DNA from: Eubacteriales bacterium
GTDB lineage: Bacteria; Bacillota; Clostridia; Oscillospirales; QAKW01
Assembly (NCBI GenBank): GCA_045636365.1
Contig: JAZTXG010000031.1
Span: 6,121-70,120 of the forward strand
DNA: 64,000 bases
Direction: 5' to 3'
The notes below the pieces were generated by a model. That model saw only the letters and a list, made by a program, of their open reading frames with translations. It had not been told where the DNA came from and did no database searches. Below, piece after piece: positions 9,564 through 17,910 of this stretch. A program made the position numbers and the translations under genes. Each line of letters begins with the position of its first letter. Within the stretch, counting starts at the first letter, position 1.

Positions 9564-9595
9564 AGAGGAAAATATCAGGAAAGGAACTGTGCGTA

Positions 9596-10492
9596 ATGAA
9601 AAAGATCAAATTCCATTGGATGTATCTGATCCCGCTCTTTTTTGCAGGGGTGATCAATGCGGTGGGAGTGACCCTCTTTTTGGCGCCGCTCAAGCTGTTC
9701 GACAGCGGCATCTCGGGTACCGCATTTTTGCTGGATGTGGTGACCCCGCCCTATCTTGTTCTGAGTATGTTCCTGATCATTTTGAACGTTCCTTTCTTTT
9801 TGCTGGGGCTGAAAAAGGTGGGCTGGCATTTTGTGGTCTATTCCCTCTATGCCATCGCCGTTTATTCGCTTTTTTCCTTGCTTTTCCGTAATATTTTACC
9901 CATTGATTTTTCGGGCGGATCCCCCTTTGTGGGCGATGATATTTTGTTGGCGGCGCTCTTCGGCGGTCTGCTTTCGGGCATCGGCAGCGGTATGGTGATC
10001 CGCTTCGGCGGAGCCATCGACGGTGTGGAGGTTATGGCCGTCCTTTTTGCCAAAAAATTAGGGCTGACCGTCGGCTCCTTTATGATGATCTATAACGTTC
10101 TTCTTTATAGTGTGGCGGCGCTGATCTTCCATAGCTGGAATATCCCGCTCTATTCCATCATTGCTTATGCCATCGGCAATAAAGTGATCGATTTTGTAGT
10201 GGATGGTTTCGATCGCGGCAATTCGGTCTTTATCGTCGGCAAGCGGAATTCCGATTTGCCTCAGCAGCTCTCCGAAGCCTTGGGCAGAGGGGTCACATTG
10301 CTGGATGCCTTCGGCGGCTATTCCGGCGACGAAAAAACCTTGATCTATTGCGTGGTCAATCGTTTTGAGATCGCCAAGGTCAAAGCAATCGTCACCGAGC
10401 TGGAGCCTGATGCCTTTATGGCGGTGGGGGATGTTTCCGAAACCGTCGGCGGTGCGGGAACCCGCTTTTCCTTACTCAAGAAGAAAAAATAA
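9596..10492 (+). CDS. YitT-family membrane protein (DUF2179 C-terminal domain)
   Basis: 298 aa. Has multiple TM helices with GISGTAFLL-type YitT repeats, and a soluble tail LLDAFGGYSGDEKTLIYCVV..EI..VK. Confidence 0.8.
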   Translation: MKKIKFHWMYLIPLFFAGVINAVGVTLFLAPLKLFDSGISGTAFLLDVVTPPYLVLSMFLIILNVPFFLLGLKKVGWHFVVYSLYAIAVYSLFSLLFRNILPIDFSGGSPFVGDDILLAALFGGLLSGIGSGMVIRFGGAIDGVEVMAVLFAKKLGLTVGSFMMIYNVLLYSVAALIFHSWNIPLYSIIAYAIGNKVIDFVVDGFDRGNSVFIVGKRNSDLPQQLSEALGRGVTLLDAFGGYSGDEKTLIYCVVNRFEIAKVKAIVTELEPDAFMAVGDVSETVGGAGTRFSLLKKKK

Positions 10493-10496
10493 TAAG

Positions 10497-10525
10497 AAAA
10501 TCCCTGCTTATGCGGGGATTTTTTG
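10497..10525 (+). terminator. Rho-independent terminator after the YitT-family gene
   Basis: Stem aatccctgc / gcggggatt (one mismatch) followed by T6. Confidence 0.7.
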
Positions 10526-10554
10526 TTGCATTTTAATTCTATTGGTGTTATAAT
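10526..10554 (+). promoter_or_regulatory. putative sigma-A promoter of thrS (extended -10)
   Basis: TTGCAT at 10526-10531, 17-nt spacer, TGtTATAAT ending at 10554. This leaves a leader of only ~45 nt. Confidence 0.55.
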
Positions 10555-10603
10555 ATTTTTTAACGATTTATTATCGAAATTTTATATGTGTGGTGAAAAA
10601 AGA

Positions 10604-12541
10604 ATGCAAGTTAAAATCAACGGTCAGATGATCGAAATTGAAAGCGGCAAATCGGTATTCGATGCGGCTTTCGCTCTGGATCCTGCAGTTGCCCGCGAAG
10701 CGCTCTGCGCCTTGGTCAACGGAGAGGTGAAAGAACTTACTTATGTTCCTTCGGAAGGGGATGAACTCACTACCCTGACCTTCGAAGATGAGCAGGCAAG
10801 AAAGGTCTTCTGGCACACCACATCCCATGTGTTGGCGCAGGCAGTAAAGCGCCTGTTTCCCGATGCCAAATTTGCCATCGGCCCTGCCATCGATAGCGGC
10901 TTTTATTATGATTTCGAGGTGGCAAAGCCCTTCACCGCGGAGGATCTGCAAAAGATCACCGCCGAGATGAAAAAGATCGTCAAGGAGCGGCTGCGCTTAG
11001 AGCGGTTTGAGCTGCCGGTCGCCGAAGCCAAAGAATTGATGAAGGATGAACCCTATAAGGTCGAGCTGATCGAAGAGCATGCCGGCAAGGGCGAGAATAT
11101 TTCCTTCTATCGCCAAGGGGAGTTTACCGACCTTTGCGCCGGCCCCCACCTGTTTGATGTTTCCAAAATCAAGGCGATCGCCTTATTGAGTTCCACCGGC
11201 GCTTATTGGCGCGGTGATTCCAATCGCACCATGCTGCAGCGTATCTACGGTGTTTCCTATCCCAAGGCGGCTCAGTTGGAAGAGCATCTGACCCGCTTGG
11301 AAGAAGCCCGCAAGCGCGACCATAATAAGATCGGCCGTGAGCTGGAATATTTCACCACCGTCGACGTCATCGGTCAGGGCCTGCCCATCCTGCTGCCCAA
11401 GGGCGCCAAGGTCATCCAGCAGCTGCAGCGCTGGGTAGAGGACGAAGAAGAAAAGCGCGGCTATGTTATGACCATGACTCCGCTGATGGCCAAGCGCGAG
11501 CTTTATAAGATCTCCGGTCACTGGGATCATTATCTGGACGGTATGTTTGTTCTGGGCGACCCCAATGATGAAGAAAAAGAGTGCTTTGCTCTGCGCCCCA
11601 TGACCTGCCCCTTCCAATATCAGGCTTATTTGAATCGGATGCGTTCTTATCGCGATCTGCCGATGCGTATGGGCGAAACCTCGACCTTGTTCCGTAATGA
11701 GGATAGCGGCGAGATGCACGGCCTGATCCGTGTCCGCCAGTTCACCATCTCCGAGGGGCATTTGGTTCTCCGCCCCGATCAGTTGGAAGAAGAATTCAAG
11801 GGCTGCTTGGATCTGGCAAACTATATGCTGGAAACCTTGGGCCTGAAGGAGGATTGCTCCTATCGGTTCTCCCAATGGGATCCTGCCAACCCCGGCAATA
11901 AATATGAGGGTACCGCAGAGCAATGGGAAGAAGCCCAAAGCACCATGGAAAAGATCCTCAATAATCTGGGCGTTCAGTATACCGTCGGTATCGACGAGGC
12001 TGCTTTCTATGGACCCAAGCTGGATATCCAGATCAAGAACGTATTCGGTAAAGAAGATACCTTGATCACCATCCAAATCGATATGTTGCTGGCCAAGAAA
12101 TTCGGTATGGAATATGTCGATTCCGACGGCGAGAAGAAAACTCCGTATATCATCCACCGTACCTCCATCGGTTGCTATCAGCGCACCTTGGCTCTGCTGC
12201 TGGAAAAATATGCCGGCGCTCTGCCCACCTGGATGGCGCCCACCCAGGTCCGCGTCCTGCCCATCAGTGAGCGCACCATGGAGAAATCCACCGAAGTGTA
12301 TCAGCAGCTCCGCGCCGCAGGCCTGCGGGTAGAGTTGGATGAGCGCAGCGAGAAGATCGGTTATAAGATCCGCGAAGCGCAGATGCAAAAGATTCCCTAT
12401 ATGGTCATCATCGGCGAAAAGGAAGCCGAAGCAGGTACTGTTTCTGTCCGCAGCCGCCACGATGGCGATTTAGGCTCGATGCCGGTTGATGAGTTCCTCA
12501 AATTAATCAAAGAAGTCATCGAAACCAAAGCCAAAAAATAA
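10604..12541 (+). CDS. thrS: threonine--tRNA ligase
   Basis: The MQVKINGQ TGS-domain start at ATG 10604 fits better than the track start at 10523. Has the HTTSHVLAQAV editing motif and class II core motifs (FRNE, GLIRVRQFT). Confidence 0.97.
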   Translation: MQVKINGQMIEIESGKSVFDAAFALDPAVAREALCALVNGEVKELTYVPSEGDELTTLTFEDEQARKVFWHTTSHVLAQAVKRLFPDAKFAIGPAIDSGFYYDFEVAKPFTAEDLQKITAEMKKIVKERLRLERFELPVAEAKELMKDEPYKVELIEEHAGKGENISFYRQGEFTDLCAGPHLFDVSKIKAIALLSSTGAYWRGDSNRTMLQRIYGVSYPKAAQLEEHLTRLEEARKRDHNKIGRELEYFTTVDVIGQGLPILLPKGAKVIQQLQRWVEDEEEKRGYVMTMTPLMAKRELYKISGHWDHYLDGMFVLGDPNDEEKECFALRPMTCPFQYQAYLNRMRSYRDLPMRMGETSTLFRNEDSGEMHGLIRVRQFTISEGHLVLRPDQLEEEFKGCLDLANYMLETLGLKEDCSYRFSQWDPANPGNKYEGTAEQWEEAQSTMEKILNNLGVQYTVGIDEAAFYGPKLDIQIKNVFGKEDTLITIQIDMLLAKKFGMEYVDSDGEKKTPYIIHRTSIGCYQRTLALLLEKYAGALPTWMAPTQVRVLPISERTMEKSTEVYQQLRAAGLRVELDERSEKIGYKIREAQMQKIPYMVIIGEKEAEAGTVSVRSRHDGDLGSMPVDEFLKLIKEVIETKAKK

Positions 12542-12542
12542 T

Positions 12543-12578
12543 AAAAAATTCCTTCGCAGTTGCGAAGGGATTTTTTTT
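12543..12578. terminator. bidirectional terminator between convergent thrS and glmS
   Basis: Stem ccttcgca / tgcgaagg flanked by an A-run and T8. Confidence 0.8.
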
Positions 12579-14337
12579 ATTCCACCGTGACGCTTTTGGC
12601 AAGGTTGCGGGGCTGGTCAATATCGGTTCCCCGCGCCAGCGCCGTATAATAAGCCAAAAGCTGGCAAAGCACCGCCGCAGCGATGGGCGCGGCAAGATCG
12701 CCGCAGTCGGGCAGGTCCAAGCGGTCGCAATCGGGGAGCGATGCGCTTTTTGGCGCAATGCAAAGCACCTGCGCACCGCGGGCGGAAACTTCTTTGATGT
12801 TTGCGATCGTTTTCTGCTGCAGGGCGGGGTCGGTAATGATGGCGATGACGGGGGTATTTTCTTCGATCAGCGAGATGGTGCCGTGCTTGAGTTCGCCTGC
12901 GGCATAGGCTTCGCTGTGGATATAAGAAATCTCTTTGAGCTTCAAAGAGCCTTCGCGGCTTACCGCATAGTCACGGCCCCTTCCGATAAAGAATAAATGC
13001 TCGGCAGATGCATATTTTTCGGCGAGCTGTTTGCAGCGAGGTTCTTGCAGAAACGCGTGTTCGATCGCTTGGGGGATTTCCTTTAGTTCGGCAGGGGAGC
13101 AGTGGCCGAGTTTCATTGCCAAAAGATAGAGCAGTACTGCCTGGCAGGTATAGGCTTTGGTGGTGGCAACGCTGATTTCGGGCCCTGCCATCGTATAAAG
13201 AACCGTATCAGCTTCGCGGGCAATGGAGCTGCCGAAGGCATTGACGATTCCAAGGGTCCGAATTCCCCTTTTCTTTGCCAATCGCAAGGCCGCCAGCGTG
13301 TCTGCCGTCTCGCCCGATTGGGAGATCAAGACCACCAGATCCTCTTTTTTAATCAGCGGATCGCTATAGCGAAATTCGCTGGCGATGGCAACTTCGGTGG
13401 GGATGCGGGCATATTTTTCCAGAGCGATTTTGCCCAGCAAAGCCGCATGGTATGCCGACCCGCACCCGACGATAATGATCTTTCCACCGACCTGAAAATC
13501 ATCGCCCAATTCGCTTAAAATACGATCATTTTCATTGTACCGATCGATGGTTTTTTGCACCACCGAAGGCTGCTCAAAAATCTCTTTTTTCATAAAGTGT
13601 TCATAGCCGTTTTTGGTGGTCGAAACAGCGCCAAAATCCGCAGTATGATGCGGTTTTTCGATGATTCGGTCAGTGCGGTCGTATAGGGTAATTTTGCAAT
13701 CGGAAAGCTCGGCAATTTCCCCCTCCTCCAAAAGGCAGTAGGTGGAGGTATGGTCCGCAAAAGCAGGGAGGTCGGAGGCGATGAAAAATTCTCCGTTTCC
13801 GATGCCGAGCAGCAGCGGGCTATCCTTGCGAACAGCATAAAGAATCTGCGGATGATTTTCAAAAAGAATCCCCAGCGCATAGGAGCCTTCCAGCAGCGCG
13901 CAGGCGGCGCGGATGGCGTCGCGGGGGTCGCCCCGATAGCAGTGGTCGATCAGCATGGCGATCAACTCGGTGTCGGTATCGCTGATGGGGGAGAGCCCTT
14001 GATTTTTCAGCATCGTGCGCAAGGCTTGATCGTTTTCGATAATGCCGTTATGGACTAAAGTGACCTTGCCCCAAGAATGGGGATGGGCGTTGCGATCCTC
14101 CGGCGCACCGTGGGTCGCCCAGCGGGTGTGTCCGATGCCGATGGTGGCGGTGTTTTCTTTGGGCAAGATCGATTCTAAAGCGGCTACCTTGCCTTCTTTT
14201 TTGAAAATTCGGATCCCTTGCTTTTCCATCAGGGCAATCCCTGCGGAATCGTAGCCGCGATATTCTAATTTTTTCAATCCGCTGATCAAAATAGGCTCTG
14301 CCTTTTGCGGGCCGTTGTATCCGATAATTCCACACAT
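12577..14337 (-). CDS. glmS: glutamine--fructose-6-phosphate aminotransferase (isomerising)
   Basis: 586 aa. Has the MCGIIGY Ntn-amidotransferase start, two SIS domains and the C-terminal NLAKSVTVE. Confidence 0.97.
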   Translation of the reverse strand: MCGIIGYNGPQKAEPILISGLKKLEYRGYDSAGIALMEKQGIRIFKKEGKVAALESILPKENTATIGIGHTRWATHGAPEDRNAHPHSWGKVTLVHNGIIENDQALRTMLKNQGLSPISDTDTELIAMLIDHCYRGDPRDAIRAACALLEGSYALGILFENHPQILYAVRKDSPLLLGIGNGEFFIASDLPAFADHTSTYCLLEEGEIAELSDCKITLYDRTDRIIEKPHHTADFGAVSTTKNGYEHFMKKEIFEQPSVVQKTIDRYNENDRILSELGDDFQVGGKIIIVGCGSAYHAALLGKIALEKYARIPTEVAIASEFRYSDPLIKKEDLVVLISQSGETADTLAALRLAKKRGIRTLGIVNAFGSSIAREADTVLYTMAGPEISVATTKAYTCQAVLLYLLAMKLGHCSPAELKEIPQAIEHAFLQEPRCKQLAEKYASAEHLFFIGRGRDYAVSREGSLKLKEISYIHSEAYAAGELKHGTISLIEENTPVIAIITDPALQQKTIANIKEVSARGAQVLCIAPKSASLPDCDRLDLPDCGDLAAPIAAAVLCQLLAYYTALARGTDIDQPRNLAKSVTVE

Positions 14338-14357
14338 AATGATGCTCCCTTTTTATA

Positions 14358-14379
14358 CAATGATCGCTCAATGATCGCT
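14358..14379. repeat. perfect 11-bp tandem direct repeat (caatgatcgct x2) in the glmS leader
   Basis: caatgatcgct at 14358-14368 and again at 14369-14379, 21-42 nt upstream of the glmS ATG (minus strand). Confidence 0.9.
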
Positions 14380-14469
14380 ATTATTATGCACATAAAACGT
14401 CAAAACATAAACCAAGCGACCGTTATAATTTTAAAATCAAAAAAATGTTTTAAAAAACCTATATCTTTA

Positions 14470-14498
14470 TTGACTTTTTAAGAATATTAAAATATAAT
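14470..14498 (+). promoter_or_regulatory. putative sigma-A promoter of the beta-helix/SLH surface protein gene
   Basis: TTGACT at 14470-14475, 17-nt spacer, TATAAT at 14493-14498. Confidence 0.6.
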
Positions 14499-14575
14499 AA
14501 CAGTATGTATCATCGGTGCAGTATGCACATTTTGAAAACTTCACCGATCGACGTAACGACAGGAGGTTGTTTAGA

Positions 14576-17500
14576 ATGAAACACATGAAGAAATTATCTG
14601 CCGTTCTGTTGGTTGTGGTTATGCTGATCTCCATGCTTTCTTGTATGGTGTTTGGCGCAACTGCGGCCCAGCTGGAGTTGGGCGGGCCGGTATCCATCGA
14701 GAAGATGCCCTTGCGGGGGGATTCGATCGGAACCGGTATTGTTGTCGGCGGTCAGTTGCTGACAGAACCGGATGTTCTGGTTGTCAACAGCGATTGGCAA
14801 AAAGCCAAGGGGCTCCAGCCCATCAAATTGGGCGGTGTCGTGTATAACGTCACCATCGGTGTCAACGGCTTTGCCGAAGTTGCTGACGCGCTGGATGCAG
14901 CTAATGGCCATGAGACCATCTATGTTGCTGCCGGTCTTTATGAAGCCGGCTTCATGCAGTCTGTCGGTAATATCAAGCTGTATGGTCCTAAGGCGGGTGT
15001 GAACCCCAATGATGCCAAGGATCTTTCCAAGCCCAATGCCAAGCGTCCCGCTGCAGCAGGTCTTGAAGCCTCCAAAGAGGGCGAGGCGGTTCTGACCGGC
15101 GGAATGAGCTATAGCGCAAGCGGCTCCGATCTGGTAATGGATGGCTTCTATCTGGATGGCGGGTTCTCCTTCTCCACCGATGGCTCGATGGGTACCGGTG
15201 CCACCAACTATCGTTTCGGTACGGTTGTGAAGAACTGCGTGGTCAATACTACTGCAAGCAACCTTTTCAACCATTCGGTGGGTAACAGCCCGAATATGGA
15301 GATCAGCAATCTGCGTGTTTTGGCAGGTAAGAATCTGGTCAATATCAGCGGTATGATGGACATTCGTGTCACCAACAACTATCTGAACCTGACCGGTAAT
15401 ACCATTGATACCAAGCTGGTCTGCGCCGGTAGTATGGGTTCTCATGCATTGATTGAGAACAACTATTATGAATACTGCGGCGGCAATGTTTTCAGATACG
15501 CCCACGAACTGCAGACTGCGCTCTATACGGCGATCGTTCGCAACAACTACATTGCAGATATGGGTCCTGCTGCAATGGTTCATAACACCTATTATGGTGC
15601 GCATACCCTGCCCGGTACCAATCTGCAGATCACCCATAATACGGTAATGAAGATCGACGAAGAGCAGACCTTGTTTGAGTTCCCCTTTGTCGCTTCGTAT
15701 GACTATTATTATGAATTTCCCTTTATGGTCAATATCAACGAGAACTATTTTGATCTTCCTGAAGACACGATGTTTGTCGATTCGGAAATGAATGCTTCGT
15801 TGAATTTGGTCAACAACTATTATACATCTTCTGTCCCTGTCGATCGTATTACTAAACATGAGGACACAAAGCTGGACCTCTATCCCTACTATGCAGACGA
15901 AGCAATGACCAAATTGGTCGGCAGCTTCACAACTGAAATGACCAACGCGGAGATTGATCATGTGAATAAGAGAATCACCATCAATCTTGCAAAAATGGGC
16001 AATCCGACCTCTATCGATCTGAGCGCTGTGCTCAAGACCGATGTAGAGTGCAGTTGGAAACTTTATGAAGATCGGACTTTGACCAAAGAAGTTTCGAATA
16101 AGATCGCTTATCCTTCCGGTGTAGCGACTCAGTATTTCGCCGAGATCACCACTTTGGATGGTAAGGGCGGTGTGGTCTATGAGATCCGCCTGCTCTCCGG
16201 CGACAGTACCGAAGCCGCGCTGGTGGATGTTGTCTTTAGCAGCCATCGCGTTGACGCTCCCGTAATCTTAGGTAAAACCTTTACTTATAATCTCCCTTCG
16301 GATCTGGCTTTCGTCGATTACGAACTGAAGGTCTCTGCCGGCGCAGAATACGAAGTTTATGCCGAGTATGATCAATCCTTCAATAACCATAAGCCTTTTG
16401 AAGATATCGGAAATTATATTCCCCATGGCGGATATCAGTTCGATGTGGTTATCACATCCGGCGATGGAATAAAGAAAGACGTTTATACCGTTGTGTTTAA
16501 CCGCGGGCGTAATGAAGCGAGCGATCCCAGCCTGATCGGCGGCAAAGCTCCTTCCAACGGGCAATACAGAATGTTGCGTGACGGCTCCTTGCTCTTTACC
16601 AGCGAGCAGCTGCTGACCAAAGCAACCTTTGAGTTGACCGCCACCCCCGGCGCTTCCTATACCATCTTCTCCGATGCGGCGAAGAAGACCGCTGTATCTT
16701 CCTCCAAGCAGCTCAAAGAGATTGCTTTGAAGGAAGGCGAGACCACCTTCTATGTCGAGGTCCGCGATGGTGTGTATACCAATACCATTCCCTTTATCGT
16801 TCGTAACGAAGGCAAATCTTCGGCGGCTGATATTGTCGGTGTGGCCGGTCTTTCTCCCATCATTAACAATAATGTTATCACTGTCCAGAGCGGTGGCGAT
16901 AGCATCAACGTCGTCTTTAATACCAGCGATCCCTATGCGGTGATCAAGGTATATGCCGATCCTGCAAGAAAGATCGCCTTGGAGTATACCTCCAACCCGA
17001 TCGAAGAAGAGCCCAACCGTTTTATCGATGAGCGCTCCTTCAATCTGGATATTACCCATGCGGTATCGAAATACTATGTTGATTGTATTGCTGAAAACGG
17101 TAAGGTCAATCAATACGACCTGATCATCACCAAGAATGTAAAGGTCAATGCGTATAATGATGTTCCTGAAGATGCATGGTATAAGAAGTATGTGGAATCT
17201 GCAACCGGCGACGGTGTCCTGCAAGGCTCTCCCAGCGGAAGCGAATTTGCATTCCGCGGAGATGATAATACCACCCGCCAAGAAATGGCGATTGTCGCCA
17301 GCCGCCTGCTTGGTATTAACACCACCTCCTTCGCCGATGTGAAACTTCCCTTTGCTGATACTGCCAAGATCGCCGATTGGGCGGTTGGCAATGTCAAGGT
17401 GGCCTACTATTTTGGTATTATGAAGGGTTCGGCCGATGCAACCGGCTTGAACTTCCACCCCGCAAGCGACATCAAGCGCGAAGAAGTCATTGCGATGTTC

Positions 17501-17695
17501 GTCCGTCTGTTCAACCTGAGCGATAGCGCCGATCTGACCGAATTTAAAGATTATGCATCGGTATCCTCCTGGGCTGTTGAGTCTATGGAAGCCGCAGTTG
17601 CTTCCGGCTTGATCGAGGGCGACGACAACGAAATGTTGAATCCCCAAAAGCCCATCACCCGCGCAGAACTTGCCGCGATGATTTCCAGAGTATAA
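14576..17695 (+). CDS. large secreted surface protein: parallel beta-helix repeats, Ig/cadherin-like beta-sandwich modules, three C-terminal SLH domains
   Basis: ATG at 14576 follows the RBS aggagg and gives a signal peptide MKHMKKLSAVLLVVVMLISML. NNY-type beta-helix repeats recur (VTNNYLNL, IENNYYEY, VRNNYIAD, ITHNTV, INENYF, LVNNYY). The last ~180 aa hold three SLH repeats (..FRGDDNTTRQEMA.., ..FHPASDIKREEV.., ..LNPQKPITRAELA..). Confidence 0.8.
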   Translation: MKHMKKLSAVLLVVVMLISMLSCMVFGATAAQLELGGPVSIEKMPLRGDSIGTGIVVGGQLLTEPDVLVVNSDWQKAKGLQPIKLGGVVYNVTIGVNGFAEVADALDAANGHETIYVAAGLYEAGFMQSVGNIKLYGPKAGVNPNDAKDLSKPNAKRPAAAGLEASKEGEAVLTGGMSYSASGSDLVMDGFYLDGGFSFSTDGSMGTGATNYRFGTVVKNCVVNTTASNLFNHSVGNSPNMEISNLRVLAGKNLVNISGMMDIRVTNNYLNLTGNTIDTKLVCAGSMGSHALIENNYYEYCGGNVFRYAHELQTALYTAIVRNNYIADMGPAAMVHNTYYGAHTLPGTNLQITHNTVMKIDEEQTLFEFPFVASYDYYYEFPFMVNINENYFDLPEDTMFVDSEMNASLNLVNNYYTSSVPVDRITKHEDTKLDLYPYYADEAMTKLVGSFTTEMTNAEIDHVNKRITINLAKMGNPTSIDLSAVLKTDVECSWKLYEDRTLTKEVSNKIAYPSGVATQYFAEITTLDGKGGVVYEIRLLSGDSTEAALVDVVFSSHRVDAPVILGKTFTYNLPSDLAFVDYELKVSAGAEYEVYAEYDQSFNNHKPFEDIGNYIPHGGYQFDVVITSGDGIKKDVYTVVFNRGRNEASDPSLIGGKAPSNGQYRMLRDGSLLFTSEQLLTKATFELTATPGASYTIFSDAAKKTAVSSSKQLKEIALKEGETTFYVEVRDGVYTNTIPFIVRNEGKSSAADIVGVAGLSPIINNNVITVQSGGDSINVVFNTSDPYAVIKVYADPARKIALEYTSNPIEEEPNRFIDERSFNLDITHAVSKYYVDCIAENGKVNQYDLIITKNVKVNAYNDVPEDAWYKKYVESATGDGVLQGSPSGSEFAFRGDDNTTRQEMAIVASRLLGINTTSFADVKLPFADTAKIADWAVGNVKVAYYFGIMKGSADATGLNFHPASDIKREEVIAMFVRLFNLSDSADLTEFKDYASVSSWAVESMEAAVASGLIEGDDNEMLNPQKPITRAELAAMISRV

Positions 17696-17701
17696 ATTTT
17701 T

Positions 17702-17740
17702 AAAAAACCTTGCCGAACTTGGTTCGGCAAGGTTTTTTTA
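17702..17740 (+). terminator. Rho-independent terminator after the beta-helix/SLH gene
   Basis: Stem aaccttgccgaac / ttcggcaaggtt followed by T7. Confidence 0.85.
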
Positions 17741-17837
17741 TCCCTCAAAAGAGGTGGCATTTTGAACAAAATTTTAAGTCCAATATTATTCAAACTAAAC
17801 AAACCGCTCCTTAATCAAAAAACATTTTAAAAAAGCC

Positions 17838-17866
17838 TTGCATCTTACTTTATTATTATATATAAT
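17838..17866 (+). promoter_or_regulatory. putative strong sigma-A promoter of the N-terminal-SLH protein gene
   Basis: TTGCAT at 17838-17843, 17-nt spacer, consensus TATAAT at 17861-17866. A ~45-nt leader ends in the RBS ggaggt. Confidence 0.6.
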
Positions 17867-17910
17867 ATAATAAAATAGAAGGGGAATTCCCTTTTGACGG
17901 AGGTAACGGA

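Noticed and set aside
10493-10603. T-box leader upstream of thrS (also checked upstream of metG, 8764-8921).
   Set aside because: Only about 45 nt lie between the predicted thrS promoter and the RBS, and about 155 nt of A/T-rich DNA are shared with divergent pduL for metG. No specifier-loop/T-box (AATTAGGGTGGTACCGCG-like) sequence is visible, and both regions are too short for a 200-300-nt T-box.
14338-14520. Expected a glmS ribozyme upstream of glmS.
   Set aside because: Read on the minus strand, the leader is short (about 130 nt to the divergent promoter) and extremely A/T-rich, and it lacks the conserved ribozyme core. This is reported as an absence in the findings. It needs cmsearch confirmation.
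14594-16246. Very long antisense ORFs opposite real genes. Examples: 550 aa here, 459 aa at 16268-17647, 519 aa at 17845-19404, 425 aa at 11183-12460, 522 aa at 22964-24532, 593 aa at 34892-36673, 399 aa at 7546-8745, 340 aa at 37063-38085.
   Set aside because: Every one I checked is in the codon-aligned antisense register: the triplet start positions have the same residue mod 3 as the sense gene. In that register, stops can only arise from sense TTA, CTA or TCA codons, which this genome strongly avoids. The translations are low-complexity (Gly/Asp/His/Ile/Gln-rich), carry no motifs, and lack RBSs. The foreign AT-rich gene at 29955-31112 shows no such shadow ORF, which confirms this is a codon-usage artefact.
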